Positions 10,980 to 21,379 of a stretch of 64,000 nt of DNA are shown here, piece after piece (within the stretch, counting starts at the first letter, position 1; the number at the start of each line of letters is the position of its first letter). The notes beneath the pieces are model-generated. The model was not told the origin of the DNA. It saw only the letters and a list, made by a program, of their open reading frames with translations, and searched no databases. Source of the stretch: an uncultured Methanoregulaceae archaeon (lineage in GTDB: Archaea > Halobacteriota > Methanomicrobia > Methanomicrobiales > Methanospirillaceae); NCBI GenBank assembly GCA_963701095.1, contig OY969564.1:2016001-2080000 (forward strand). The letters are read 5' to 3'. A program made the position numbers and the translations under genes.

Positions 10980-11818
10980 ACTCCATCAAACCCTCGCCAC
11001 TCCTGTTCTGAGGTAACAACAAAAAGAAATAGCATGAATGTTACGCATATTGTATAAGGAAAATAAAAGGGATTTCCCTAAAAAACAAGTATTGAAACAA
11101 ATTTTGCAATGATCACCATTACGTCGTTTATTCCAAATATTTTTTATTTTTATCTGGTATACCTTACATTAACCGGGGATTAAGGAAAGGAAAAAAAGAG
11201 GCAGTTTATATAGAACAGCCTGTGGGTTGGTATGGGGCTTTAGGTGCAATGGCGGCTTGGTTGAGACCGCCACATCTTCAAACGTTTTATTTGATAAAAA
11301 AACTATTTTCACTTTCTAGTTTTTGTTTCTTAATTTATTCTGGAATCTCGAGTGATATTTCAATGCTTCACTCAACAATGATGTAAAAGAAAAAAGAGAG
11401 GGTATCTTCAATATTTTCAATACTAACGAATTCTGTTTTTTACAAAAAAAGAAACAGAATATCCTTGACCTATCAAATATGAGGAACCCTGGGTTTTGCT
11501 CAGCGCTTCCTCAGAAGTAGAGGATTTATCCTGTTTTCGGCTGTCAACAACATACGTCAGGCACGACCCACAAAACCTGCTGCATACATTGGATTTGCCA
11601 AAGATTCATCAACTTTTGCCATTTTTCTTCCCCGCGTGGCATTGTAAATGGAAATCATAAATATTTCGACATTTCCGGGTTTGGGAAATGCCTCTCCTTG
11701 TAGTATCATATTACAAATATTGAGACAGATTGTGTAAATCCGGCATAGGATTATTGAAGATTGCAATGATACAAACCGTCCAAACTACTATTCCGAAGGC
11801 ATAAAGGAGCATATTGAT

Positions 11819-12283
11819 ATGGATGACGAGAATCTTTTCATCAGTATTGATTTTGACAAAAGTGTTTTCCCCAAAAAACACACTTGTGACGGCGAAGATG
11901 TATCTCCGATAATCCATGTTGACCGTATTCATTCCCCTTACCTTGCCGTTATAATTGATGACTGGATCGGACCTGAGGAACGATTCACTCATTGGCTGAT
12001 GTGGGATATTGAATCCCAAGATACTATCCCTGAGAATATTCCTAAAACACTGGTAATTAACGATCCTTTCATGGCAGTCCAGGGAACTAATGATTTTGGA
12101 ACTATCGGATACCGGGGACCATGTCCACCTCCAGGAGAAACCCACACCTATTACGTTAATGTATACGGGCTGGACGCAAAACTGGGAATTCCCGCCGGTT
12201 CAAAAAGAGAAGTCCTCGAAAGGGCGATGAAGGGTCATATGAGACAATACGGAGGTCAAGCAATCGCTATATACAACAGGTAA
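11819..12283 (+). CDS. YbhB/YbcL (PEBP) family protein
   Basis: HTCDGEDVSP, FTHWLMWDI, QGTNDFG and YRGPCPP..HTY motifs. Confidence 0.9.
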   Translation: MDDENLFISIDFDKSVFPKKHTCDGEDVSPIIHVDRIHSPYLAVIIDDWIGPEERFTHWLMWDIESQDTIPENIPKTLVINDPFMAVQGTNDFGTIGYRGPCPPPGETHTYYVNVYGLDAKLGIPAGSKREVLERAMKGHMRQYGGQAIAIYNR

Positions 12284-12293
12284 ACAGGTACCT

Positions 12294-13337
12294 TCAGCGT
12301 GTCGATTTCCACCGCTGCCACCATCGTGTATCCTTATGATAAATGCAATCAACCAGTTTCATTGCATTCAGGGCATCGCGGGAAGATCCGTTTTTTATTT
12401 TTGTGCCGTCTTTGATGCAATCAAAAAATGCATCCATCTCTCGTTCCCATGACGTATACGTTTTAAAACAGGTTACCAGTTCTGCATCGAGCCCGGATAT
12501 GCTTTTTTCATCTTCGGATTGCCGGGATAAGATTGCCAGTTTTTCCTCGGATATGTAGACTCCCTCAGGAGAGAGAGTTCCTTCAATGGTAATGTATCCT
12601 TTTTCCAGACATATTTCAAGGGAATATCTGTTTTTCCAGTGAGTGGCTGACGCATGGATAGCTGCGATCTGGTTTTGCGCGTTTCGCAACAGAGCAAATG
12701 CATTATCTTCCACGGGGACATTCCAAAAAGAGGTGGAGACAAAACTTTTTACTTCTGTGAAACTTCCTGCAAAAAAAAACAGGAAAAGGTCTAGTATGTG
12801 GATCCCCTCGCCAAGAAGGATACCACCACCCGCCCACTCCCGGTTGCTCTGCCAAATGCTTTCAAAATAATTGCCTCCGGATTTCCCGTAGACAGCTTTC
12901 ATCCAGAGAATTTTACCAAATGTGCCAGTTTTTATCAATTCTTCTGCTTTAAGTACTGCCCCGTTGAACCTGTGGGTAAATCCGAATGCGAGTACACTTC
13001 CCTTTGCTTTTTTTTCCGCATTGACGATATTCTGGATGTCTTTTATTGTTCTGCCCGGCGGAATCTCACAGAAAACATGTTTGCCTCTTTCGAGGGCATC
13101 GATCACCACTTTTGGCCGGTATTTATTCGGGGGAGCAACAAAAACTGCATCGATGTCTGAGTCCAGAAGCTTCCGGTAATCTTCGTAATAGCGATACTTT
13201 TCCTGCCGGGGGATGTTCGGGCGGTGTGCATCACTTACCGCGACAAGATTGAGATCGGGATGATTTTCTGCTATCGTTTTCCTGTGCATGCCTTTGTGGC
13301 CAAGACCTATAATTCCGATATTGATCTTATCTTGCAT
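12294..13337 (-). CDS. Gfo/Idh/MocA family oxidoreductase
   Basis: GIIGLG Rossmann start, GKHVFCE and GGGIL..GIHILD motifs. Confidence 0.88.
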   Translation of the reverse strand: MQDKINIGIIGLGHKGMHRKTIAENHPDLNLVAVSDAHRPNIPRQEKYRYYEDYRKLLDSDIDAVFVAPPNKYRPKVVIDALERGKHVFCEIPPGRTIKDIQNIVNAEKKAKGSVLAFGFTHRFNGAVLKAEELIKTGTFGKILWMKAVYGKSGGNYFESIWQSNREWAGGGILLGEGIHILDLFLFFFAGSFTEVKSFVSTSFWNVPVEDNAFALLRNAQNQIAAIHASATHWKNRYSLEICLEKGYITIEGTLSPEGVYISEEKLAILSRQSEDEKSISGLDAELVTCFKTYTSWEREMDAFFDCIKDGTKIKNGSSRDALNAMKLVDCIYHKDTRWWQRWKSTR

Positions 13338-13397
13338 GCCGTGTGTCCCCTATCCGATAGGCACTTTTGTTTCGGAATAAAAGAAGAACACGACCAT

Positions 13398-13631
13398 TCA
13401 CTCGCGAGCTTCGAAATATTTTAGTGCTTTTGGGACGTGTTTTTTTACTTCTTCGAAAAAATACCTGACATTTCCTTTGTCTGAATCGGCTATTGAACCA
13501 TTGATGGTTATTAAAAGCCAGTTAGGCAGGTCAGGATTCTTGTCAAGAACATTCATTAACACTACAATGGCTTCATCCACATCGGTTTTGGTTTTCCAAC
13601 GGTAAGGCATACGACTCTCAACCTTTTTCAA
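13398..13631 (-). CDS. Small hypothetical protein
   Basis: 77-aa ORF 2 nt downstream of the ATP-cone gene on the same strand. Confidence 0.55.
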   Translation of the reverse strand: MKKVESRMPYRWKTKTDVDEAIVVLMNVLDKNPDLPNWLLITINGSIADSDKGNVRYFFEEVKKHVPKALKYFEARE

Positions 13632-13633
13632 AT

Positions 13634-13888
13634 CTATTCAGATCGCTTTTTTACGGCAGTATCAAAGACCATCCAGTTTCTTTCCCATTCAGGATTTTTC
13701 GATTTGAGCATCCCCAGTACTTTTCCTTTGATCTCCCGGGTGGTGATGCCGTCTGTTGCATTTTGCTCTATTCCATGGGCAATAGATCGCGCCACCTCCG
13801 GTGAGGCACCGGATTTTAAGGCACTTACAACGATCTTTTCAGCAACAAATGGTTCTTTACGACCATCCCTTTTCTTTACCGAAATCAT
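13634..13888 (-). CDS. Stand-alone ATP-cone domain protein
   Basis: VKKRDGRKEPF..EKI...ITTREI signature; AGGAGA before ATG. Confidence 0.85.
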   Translation of the reverse strand: MISVKKRDGRKEPFVAEKIVVSALKSGASPEVARSIAHGIEQNATDGITTREIKGKVLGMLKSKNPEWERNWMVFDTAVKKRSE

Positions 13889-14122
13889 GATCTTTTCTCC
13901 TCAAATCTGCATCCAGGAATAATTCATCATGCTGAGGACTTTCCCAATGAGCACTTACTACAGTATATCATAGATTTTGTCCCGTCTATCATCATTTGAG
14001 ACATAGTTTGAAACTTAATATCTCTTTTTTCAAAGCAGCGTCATTTTTTTATTGCCGTCCAAAGGGAACAATAATAACTATTCAGCCTGATTCTCTTTTC
14101 GAAAACCATAAAGAAAAGGGGC

Positions 14123-15213
14123 ATGTCAGGAATGGATCAAGCAGGATTATCGGTATATCGTCGGGTAAAACTTGATCTGGCATATCTTGCCGGAAGGGGC
14201 ATGGACCAATTCGCAAAAAGGCACCCGGCCATCTGGCGTGACTCAAGTGCAATGCAGAAGGTGCAGCTATCGGACGAGTTTAGCACTTTTATTGAAAGTC
14301 TTGAAGAATCGTTTGCAATCGATAATCCGGCACTTTTCATTGATCATGCATGTTGGGCAGCGGTACATCTCACTTCATTAGGCTTTTCCAAAAAATATGT
14401 TTCTCTGATTCTCGATACGTTGAGAGAAGTCTTTGAAAAGGAACTACCCATTGAGTTTCGTAAACAAGCGTGGGATTTTATTGTCAAAAGTCAGGCTGCA
14501 CTAAAAAAAGCTCAATGGATGTACCTACCTGCATCGTGCCAGATAATCCTCTTGCTGATGCAGCCAGATCCTTCCTTGCCGCGGGTATTGCAGAAGACAA
14601 GAATCGGGCCCTGCAGATACTTGAGGATGTTCTGAGATCTGGAGTATCTGTAAAAGGGATTTACCTGAACGTCCTGGAGCCTGTCCTCAAGGAAACAGGA
14701 AGGCTTTGGCAGCTTGGCAAGGTCGGTATAGCGCAGGAGCATTTCATAACTGCCTTGGTTGAAACGTGTATGGCCCGGCTCCACGATCTGATTATATCTT
14801 CGGGCGGGAGAAAAAAAATACGACGGCAAAAGAGAATTGTCGCTGCCAGTGTGGGATCCGATCTCCATGAAATCGGGATCCATATAGTGGCGGACTTTTT
14901 TGAAATGGATGGCTGGGCAACGTATTATTTTGGTGGGAACACACCGGTTGGCAGTATCCTTGAGGCAGTACGGGATCAAAATGCGGATGTTATTGCCCTA
15001 TCCACAACTATGGTTCGCTATCTTCCTGAGGTCCGGTACCTCGTTCGATCACTGCGTGCCGAAAAGACAACATCGGAAGCAAAGATCATCGTTGGCGGGT
15101 ATCCGTTCAAGGTAGTTCCTGATCTTTGGAAACAAATTGGTGCAGATGCATACGCGGGAACAGCAGAAGACGCAGTAACCATAGCCAATCATCTTATTCA
15201 CAAACGCGATTGA
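14123..15213 (+). CDS. Cobalamin-binding domain protein with N-terminal helical domain (apparent frameshift near 14505)
   Basis: GRLWQ...AQEHFIT cap, DLHEIG (DxHxxG), LSTT and IIVGG motifs; break sits at an A-run. Confidence 0.8.
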
Positions 15214-15265
15214 ATGGCTCAGGAAAGAACGAAGGTTTAAGCATCATATAAACACAGTTTTTCAC

Positions 15266-16621
15266 CTATTCTTCTCTGCGATCAACGAAACGTTTTGGCC
15301 GTCCTTTAAGTTTGTGGATCTCAAGTTCTCCCGGGTGAACCAATTTGAATGCCACAGAGAATGTCCTATCCTCGTAATATGGTGTGAGGTTCCTTTTGAT
15401 TTTAAAGAAATGGTTGATAAACCGGTCTTCGATAATCTTCCGGTCAGCAATTTCCGGATCCAAACACTCACCGCTCACCCGCATCACAACCTCACCTTCT
15501 GATTCGCCATTAGAGAGGAAAGCCTCATACTCGCCGTTGAGATACCTCATGTTTTCCCGCTGGAAGACACATGCCTCAACATCCACACGGTTTACGGAAT
15601 TGCCAAAAATCCAGAACGTTTCAGATTCCCTCTGCGGGTTAGCGATACGCATATGTGTCCTGCCACAGGTGCACTGCTCCCGGGAAAGTACTGCTGTAGC
15701 ATCTTCGGTATCATAATTGAGCAGGAGAGTGCCGGCATTTGAACCCTCCGGGAGAAGTGTCGTGAGGACCGCCCGGCCGCAGTTGCCGTCCGAGACGAAG
15801 GATTTCATCTGGGGATCGTAAATGTCAAGATGGACAAGATCTTCGGGAACGTGGAGACCGGCAAATGCCGTGCATTCGCCGCACATTGTCCCTTCAGTGC
15901 TGCCGTAGGTATTGAATACCGGGCATCCCCATATCTCTGCCAGGTAAGCACGGGATTCGTCAGAAAAACTCTCGCCCCCGACAATCAGCTTCGTAATCGA
16001 TGTTTCTTTGAGCCGGATTCCCTCCTGTTTGAGTCTTTGAGCAAGCCTTAGTAGTTTGAATACACTTCCAACAATTGCGGTTGGACGGTATGCCGTGATG
16101 ACTCTGGATGCAAAATCACACCTGCCAAACGGGATTATAGTCACGCCGATTCGTTGTGCTGCAAGGGTCATCGTGTTTGCCCCGACGTTCATACCGTATG
16201 AGGCGCAGACAACTAACCGGTCACCTAGATAGAATCCCTGCGAGACAAAACTACGGGCATATTTCTCCGCGTACCTTTTCCAGTCGTTCCAGGTAAGAAA
16301 AAAACTCTTTGGTGTCCCGCTTGTACCACTTGTCTCCTGTATGGTGAATACATCTCCCCACCCTGACGATAAGAACTGGAAATCCGGGGTATTTGGTGGC
16401 TGGTGCTCTCGAATGGTGCGACCGGAGACGATAGGGAGCTGCAGTAGATCTTCGTGAACCCGGATGTCACGCAGGTCGATACCATTCTTTTCAAACCAAT
16501 GCCGGTAAAAAGGAGAATGGTCATTGGCGTACCGGACGGTATATCGTACCCGGTCGTCGATAAGGGAATCAAGAGCGTCTCGGTCTAATGTCTCGATTCC
16601 GGGATTGTAGAATTGTGGCAT
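15266..16621 (-). CDS. Coenzyme F390 synthetase / phenylacetate-CoA ligase family
   Basis: ETSGTSGTPK adenylation loop, GGESFS, YGSTEG and CTCGRTH; likely ATG at 16621 (MPQFYNP). Confidence 0.85.
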   Translation of the reverse strand: MPQFYNPGIETLDRDALDSLIDDRVRYTVRYANDHSPFYRHWFEKNGIDLRDIRVHEDLLQLPIVSGRTIREHQPPNTPDFQFLSSGWGDVFTIQETSGTSGTPKSFFLTWNDWKRYAEKYARSFVSQGFYLGDRLVVCASYGMNVGANTMTLAAQRIGVTIIPFGRCDFASRVITAYRPTAIVGSVFKLLRLAQRLKQEGIRLKETSITKLIVGGESFSDESRAYLAEIWGCPVFNTYGSTEGTMCGECTAFAGLHVPEDLVHLDIYDPQMKSFVSDGNCGRAVLTTLLPEGSNAGTLLLNYDTEDATAVLSREQCTCGRTHMRIANPQRESETFWIFGNSVNRVDVEACVFQRENMRYLNGEYEAFLSNGESEGEVVMRVSGECLDPEIADRKIIEDRFINHFFKIKRNLTPYYEDRTFSVAFKLVHPGELEIHKLKGRPKRFVDRREE

Positions 16622-16790
16622 TACCTTACAAAGCATAGTAGAAAAAAGGTTTATAGATTGCTGAGAGTGATCCGGAGACACGTGGTTATGGGTGCAAAAG
16701 AAGAGCTGCACTATGTTTCTCTATGCGAAAATCGTGTAATGTTATGCCCCAGGATATTTTTGAATTAGAGCATTTGATACGGTATGCAAA

Positions 16791-16862
16791 AGCCGCCGGA
16801 GGGACTTGAACCCTCGACCTGCTGATTACGAATCAGCCGCTATGCCGCTAAGCCACGGCGGC
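16791..16862 (-). tRNA. tRNA-Thr(CGU)
   Basis: Reverse complement folds GCCGCCG/CGGCGGC acceptor, GCTGA-TT CGT AA-TCAGC anticodon arm and GAGGG-TTCAAGT-CCCTC T arm; no encoded CCA. Confidence 0.96.
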
Positions 16863-16884
16863 GCTCTGCCTCACAATATCGACC

Positions 16885-16899
16885 TATATAATTATAAAA
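16885..16899 (-). promoter_or_regulatory. Archaeal TATA box of tRNA-Thr
   Basis: TTTTATAATTATATA on the minus strand, about 25-35 nt upstream of the tRNA 5' end. Confidence 0.6.
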
Positions 16900-16927
16900 T
16901 CTGTGTTTGGCCGGAAAGGTTGACAGT

Positions 16928-17224
16928 TTAAGAATACCCCCGGAGCGTTGTTACACTATCCGGGGCATGCGGTTCCTTTGCCGGAGAAATTGTTCCAAAT
17001 TTTCCCTCATAGTCAGCTACTGTTTTCTGGAGAACCGCGAGAAGGTTCTTCGCGTGGGCCGGCGTAATGGAAACGATCGCTTTTGCCCTTGCCTGATTAA
17101 CCTGAGGGAGCTGGTGGAGGAACACAAAGGTGAATTCATCATCTTTGTATGCTATCTGGATCATGTTGCTATAAACGGGATCCAGCGTCGGGGGAATATT
17201 TACTGATATTTCCTGTCCGGTCAT
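16928..17224 (-). CDS. DUF3467-like protein
   Basis: PVYSNMIQI...EFTFVF...SITPAHAKNLL..L...YEGKFGTI pattern. Confidence 0.75.
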   Translation of the reverse strand: MTGQEISVNIPPTLDPVYSNMIQIAYKDDEFTFVFLHQLPQVNQARAKAIVSITPAHAKNLLAVLQKTVADYEGKFGTISPAKEPHAPDSVTTLRGYS

Positions 17225-17390
17225 ACAGATCTGTTCGTTGTTTTTGTATGAATAAGTTGGTCACCTATCATAACAATCTGTATAATCCAGTTGGCGCTGC
17301 CAAACATTTCAAGAAGGGTTTTGAATCACCTCTACCAACTTATTACGCAAACTCTGCGTATCCCGGTAGTTTTTCCGGGTATTAACAAAA

Positions 17391-18383
17391 ATGACTCTCG
17401 CACACGGTTGTATCCTCTGCTACAAGGGCGCAAAGATGGTGCTCTTTGTTACGGGACGTTGTCAACGCTCCTGCTGGTACTGTCCACTATCCAGCGAACG
17501 GAAAGGAAACGATGTGGTCTTTGCAAACGAGCATAGGATAGATACACCGGAACAGGCCATCCAAATCGCCGAGCGCATGAGTGCACTAGGTACAGGGGTT
17601 ACCGGCGGAGAACCGTTACTGTGCATAGACCGGGTTGCGCTTTATTGTAAACTGCTTAAAAATCATTTTGGAAAAGACCACCATATTCACCTTTACACAG
17701 CACAAGCGCCGACAAAGAAGGAACTGGATCAGATTGGCGGGATTGTAGACGAAATTCGGCTCCATCCCCCACGCGCGTGTTGGGAGAATATAGTAGAATC
17801 GGATTTTTTAGCGTCCGCAAAGCGTGCAAAAGAGATGGGTTTTGCAATAGGTTTCGAAGTCCCGGCCCTCCCCGGCCTCGATCTGCTCATCCCCGCACTC
17901 CCTTATCTGGACTTTTTAAATATCAACGAACTTGAATGGGGCGAGAACAATGCCAATGATATGCGGGAGCGCGGCTTTGAACTGGCCGACGGTGTCCATA
18001 ATGCAGTGAGCGGAGCTCGGGACTGGGCAGAAGAAATAGTAAAGCATGAAAAGGTCCACTGGTGTGCCTCGTCGTTTAAGGATTCGGTCCAGCTGCGTGA
18101 ACGTCTACGGCGTATTGCCGAAAACACGGCCCGGTCTTTTGATGAAGTTACAGATGATGGAACAATCGTATATGGTGTGCTGGAACTACACCCCGGTACG
18201 CGGGATGCAGTCGTCGCCCGGTGCAGGACATTTCTTGAGGATGGAGAATTCTCTGACTGTGGAGACCATGTTGAGACTGCATGGTGGCTTCTCGAAGAGT
18301 ACAAAGATAAGATCCCCGGGAAAAAATCGGTGATTGAACGTTATCCTGATGGTGGTATGGTCGTTGAGGTGACACCGTTATGA
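17391..18383 (+). CDS. Radical SAM protein (archaeal, uncharacterised)
   Basis: CQRSCWYC (CxxxCxxC) and TGGEPLL, plus N-terminal CILC. Confidence 0.9.
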   Translation: MTLAHGCILCYKGAKMVLFVTGRCQRSCWYCPLSSERKGNDVVFANEHRIDTPEQAIQIAERMSALGTGVTGGEPLLCIDRVALYCKLLKNHFGKDHHIHLYTAQAPTKKELDQIGGIVDEIRLHPPRACWENIVESDFLASAKRAKEMGFAIGFEVPALPGLDLLIPALPYLDFLNINELEWGENNANDMRERGFELADGVHNAVSGARDWAEEIVKHEKVHWCASSFKDSVQLRERLRRIAENTARSFDEVTDDGTIVYGVLELHPGTRDAVVARCRTFLEDGEFSDCGDHVETAWWLLEEYKDKIPGKKSVIERYPDGGMVVEVTPL

Positions 18384-19146
18384 ACATTCGAAGGGTTCTC
18401 GAACCCCTGTATGAACGCTATCTCCTGATGCAATGCACACAGATTCCTAAACATATTGCCATCATACAGGACGGGAACCGGCGTTTTGCAAAGAAGACGG
18501 GAATCGACGTTGCAAAGGGACATCGAGCCGGGGCAGATAAAACAGAAGAAATGCTTGACTGGGCGCATGACCTGGGCATACGATATATAACGGTCTATTC
18601 ATTCTCGACAGAAAATTTCAACAGAGCCGAGAAGGAAATCCAAGAGCTTTCGAGCTTTTCAAAGAGAAATTTATCCGAACTATTTCCGATGAACGAGTAA
18701 TCAGGTATCGGATACGTATCCAGATGGTAGGTGACAGGTCGCTTCTTCCCGAAGACCTGAGGACCGCTGTAGAAGCAGCAGAAGAGGTAACCAAAGATCA
18801 CGATGGATTTACCCTCAGTGTTGCGCTTGCCTATGGGGGGAGAAATGAGATCGTTCTTGCGGCCCGGGAGATTGTATCAGCGGTACGCGAAGGAAAGATC
18901 ACCCCGTCGGCGATTGACATTCATATGGTCGAATCCCATCTTCATGAAGGAAAAGAAATCCCCCCTGTAGATCTTATTATCCGGACCGGAAACGAATACC
19001 GCACTTCCAATTTCCTTCCCTGGTTAGCGAATGGCCATGAATCGGCAGTCTATTTTTGCGCCCCTTACTGGCCCCTTTTCCGGAAGATTGACCTGCTTCG
19101 TGCCATCAGGATTTATGATCAGCGCCTGTGTGCCAAAGTGCATTAA
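18380..19146 (+). CDS. uppS: cis-prenyltransferase (polyprenyl diphosphate synthase; apparent frameshift near 18650)
   Basis: HIAIIQDGNRR, YSFSTENF, YGGRNEI and DLIIRTGNEYRTSNFLPW motifs. Confidence 0.92.
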
Positions 19147-19227
19147 GTTCGTTCCCGGAGTGAATTCACTGATTTCGTTTCGTGTACTATATTTCCCTGT
19201 ACATACCAGAGGAAATATGGTGAACCT

Positions 19228-19881
19228 ATGGGTGCAGGTAAGACTGTAGGATCCGGCTGGCAGCACATTCGGATCACGCTTCGGTCAGATATCGTCGCCG
19301 CAGCACAGAAAGAAAAAATCGATATCAGCAGTGAATGCAACAAGGCGCTTGCTCAGCGTCTGGAAATAGGATACCCGACGCCGCGGCAGGTCTCAGTCGA
19401 TTCAAAAGTTATCGTTGCACCGGATAATGTACCGGTAAAAAGATCGGTTCAGAAGGCGGCTGCACCCCCGGTCATTAATGCTGAAGATCCCACGGTTCCG
19501 GGCAAAGTTCTCCGGGAGAAAAAGGAGAGGAAAATGCCTGTGGTAACAAAACCGCAGGAAGGAGAACATCTTCATATGGTCAATCCTTCGGTACAAGCGG
19601 CACCTGCCAGCCCCGCATCCAAACCCAAAAAGAAAGGAAAAAAAGAGGAGGCAATTAAACGGTTTGTAAGTACCCGGATTGTCAGGGAGGCTGAGGACAG
19701 TCCTGACGCGATTATTCCAAAGGACGAGCTTTACCAACGGTTTGAACGATGGTGCCGGGATCAGAGTTATTCATTTATTCCCGAACACCGGGTTTTTTCT
19801 GTGACCCTCAAAAACAAGTTTGCATTCACAGAACGGATTGTTGGAGGGACCCCGAGCTGGATCAGTATTCGGATCAAATAA
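19228..19881 (+). CDS. Hypothetical protein: RHH/antitoxin-like N-terminus, Pro/Lys linker, winged-helix-like C-terminus
   Basis: IRITLRSDIVAAAQKEKIDISSECNKAL at the N-terminus; IPKDELYQRFERWC...F...L...WISIRIK at the C-terminus. Confidence 0.6.
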   Translation: MGAGKTVGSGWQHIRITLRSDIVAAAQKEKIDISSECNKALAQRLEIGYPTPRQVSVDSKVIVAPDNVPVKRSVQKAAAPPVINAEDPTVPGKVLREKKERKMPVVTKPQEGEHLHMVNPSVQAAPASPASKPKKKGKKEEAIKRFVSTRIVREAEDSPDAIIPKDELYQRFERWCRDQSYSFIPEHRVFSVTLKNKFAFTERIVGGTPSWISIRIK

Positions 19882-19891
19882 TTTTTTTAAA

Positions 19892-20557
19892 TTATTTTCC
19901 GAAACGGCGTATTCGGGACTGGTAATCACGCAGCACCCGCAGGAAGTCCACTCGCCGGAAGTACTTCCAGTTGACATCGGAAAAGAAAAGTTCAGAATAG
20001 ACTGATTGCCAGATTAAAAAATCAGTTAGGTGATCGCCCCCGCTCTTAACGACTATATCTGGATCATACCGGAATGTAAGACAGGATTCGAGCGTTTTTT
20101 CATCGATCTCCGATGGCGGAATACCATTTTCTGCAAGTTTTCGAATGCAGTCGGTGATCTCCTCCCGGCCGCTTTTCCCGATCGCAACTACGACATCAAG
20201 ACCTGTCCCTGAGATTTCCTCAGTCGAGCCATGATGCAACACGAGCCGGGCAACTGACGAAATCTTTTTTATCGCCGGGAGTGTGCGGATAAGTTCGTCT
20301 TGTGGGATCCGGTTAATATGAAAAGTAATGCTTTTGATGGAGGATGGTGTTTTTACAGCGTTCTTTAGGGGATTACGGGCGAGGAATGTATTTAATTCGG
20401 AGCACCACACGGTTACTTCGAGGCACTTCCCCGGCTCTGCGGTAAGGTCTGCCCCGCTGATCATAAAACAGATATTGGGGGGGAGTTCCTGTATCTGCGA
20501 GAGAAGCATCCGCTCGTAGAGCCAATAAAACATCTGACTTAATCGTATGGCGGACAA
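19892..20557 (-). CDS. Divergent UppS-family (cis-prenyltransferase-like) protein
   Basis: SGREEI, PDIVVKSGG.HLTDFLIWQSVYSELFF and RRFGK; lacks the DGNRR motif. Confidence 0.8.
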   Translation of the reverse strand: MSAIRLSQMFYWLYERMLLSQIQELPPNICFMISGADLTAEPGKCLEVTVWCSELNTFLARNPLKNAVKTPSSIKSITFHINRIPQDELIRTLPAIKKISSVARLVLHHGSTEEISGTGLDVVVAIGKSGREEITDCIRKLAENGIPPSEIDEKTLESCLTFRYDPDIVVKSGGDHLTDFLIWQSVYSELFFSDVNWKYFRRVDFLRVLRDYQSRIRRFGK

Positions 20558-20671
20558 GGTTATGAGGGTTTACCTCTGCATTTTTTGTATGAGGCATTTT
20601 TTGCAATTTACTCCGAGCTTAAATCCGGCAAAAGCACTTATAACCCCTCCTGTGAAATGATCAGACAATAG

Positions 20672-21379
20672 ATGTACTCCTATAAGACTGGAATTCCCCT
20701 GATTGATCAGGCAACCGGTGGATTTGATGCGGGGACGAATCTTCTCATTCTTGCACCGTCACTGAGCTTTGCGGAACAGCTTGCGTACAGTCTGACACGG
20801 CCGCTTGCCGGAGAATATGCCATCATGCTCTCTACAAATGAACGTGCCTCTGAAGTAATAGATCAGTTCAAATCCGGCGGTGCTGATAAACATTTCGTCG
20901 GTGTGATTGATGCTATCACTAAAAGTTCTACGCCGGCCGTCTCGGATACCGAGAGATTCATGTTTGTCACAAATCCTACCGATCTTACCGGGATCGGGAT
21001 CAAATTTTCTCATATGATTGAATCGATTTTTGACGGAACTTTTTCCGGGGAAGAAACCGGCCTTTTCCCGCCGCCAGTGCGGTTCTGTATCAACTCGGTC
21101 TCAACTCTCCTTATGTATCGCAAGCTGGAAGTGTTGTACCAGTTCCTCCACGTAATGACCGCAAAACTTAAGAAAATTGAAGGGTTGGGTGTCTATATCC
21201 TCAACAACGAGGCATTTGACGAGAAAACGATTTCCCTGATCAAGCAGCTTATGACAATCGTAATTGAGGTCAAGATGGAACAATCCGATAATTATTTCAG
21301 AGTAATGGGAATCCGGGATGTCAACGCGGACTGGCACAAATTTACCATTGTCAAGGGACAGGTGGTTTTATCTTTATGA
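20672..21379 (+). CDS. RAD55/KaiC-like RecA-fold protein with degenerate Walker A
   Basis: TGIPLIDQATGG start, P.DLTGIGI and INSVSTLLMY; no GKT/S. Confidence 0.7.
   Translation: MYSYKTGIPLIDQATGGFDAGTNLLILAPSLSFAEQLAYSLTRPLAGEYAIMLSTNERASEVIDQFKSGGADKHFVGVIDAITKSSTPAVSDTERFMFVTNPTDLTGIGIKFSHMIESIFDGTFSGEETGLFPPPVRFCINSVSTLLMYRKLEVLYQFLHVMTAKLKKIEGLGVYILNNEAFDEKTISLIKQLMTIVIEVKMEQSDNYFRVMGIRDVNADWHKFTIVKGQVVLSL

Noticed and set aside
11480..11513. Hairpin TGAGGAA...TTCCTCA downstream of a TGA, considered as a SECIS element
   Set aside because: No convincing selenoprotein frame and no Sec machinery in the window.
11557..11622. 21-aa minus-strand ORF MAKVDESLANPMYAAGFVGRA as a possible RiPP precursor or leader peptide
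   Set aside because: A one-base shift after ...SLAN gives NVCSRFCGSCLTY, resembling the start of small Cys-rich methanogen proteins (DUF2769-like). It is more likely a broken gene, and no modifying enzymes are adjacent.
16791..16862. Host tRNA-Thr as the provirus attachment site, with 61533-61608 as its duplicate
   Set aside because: The two sequences differ throughout, housekeeping genes lie between them, and the viral copy is internal to the element.
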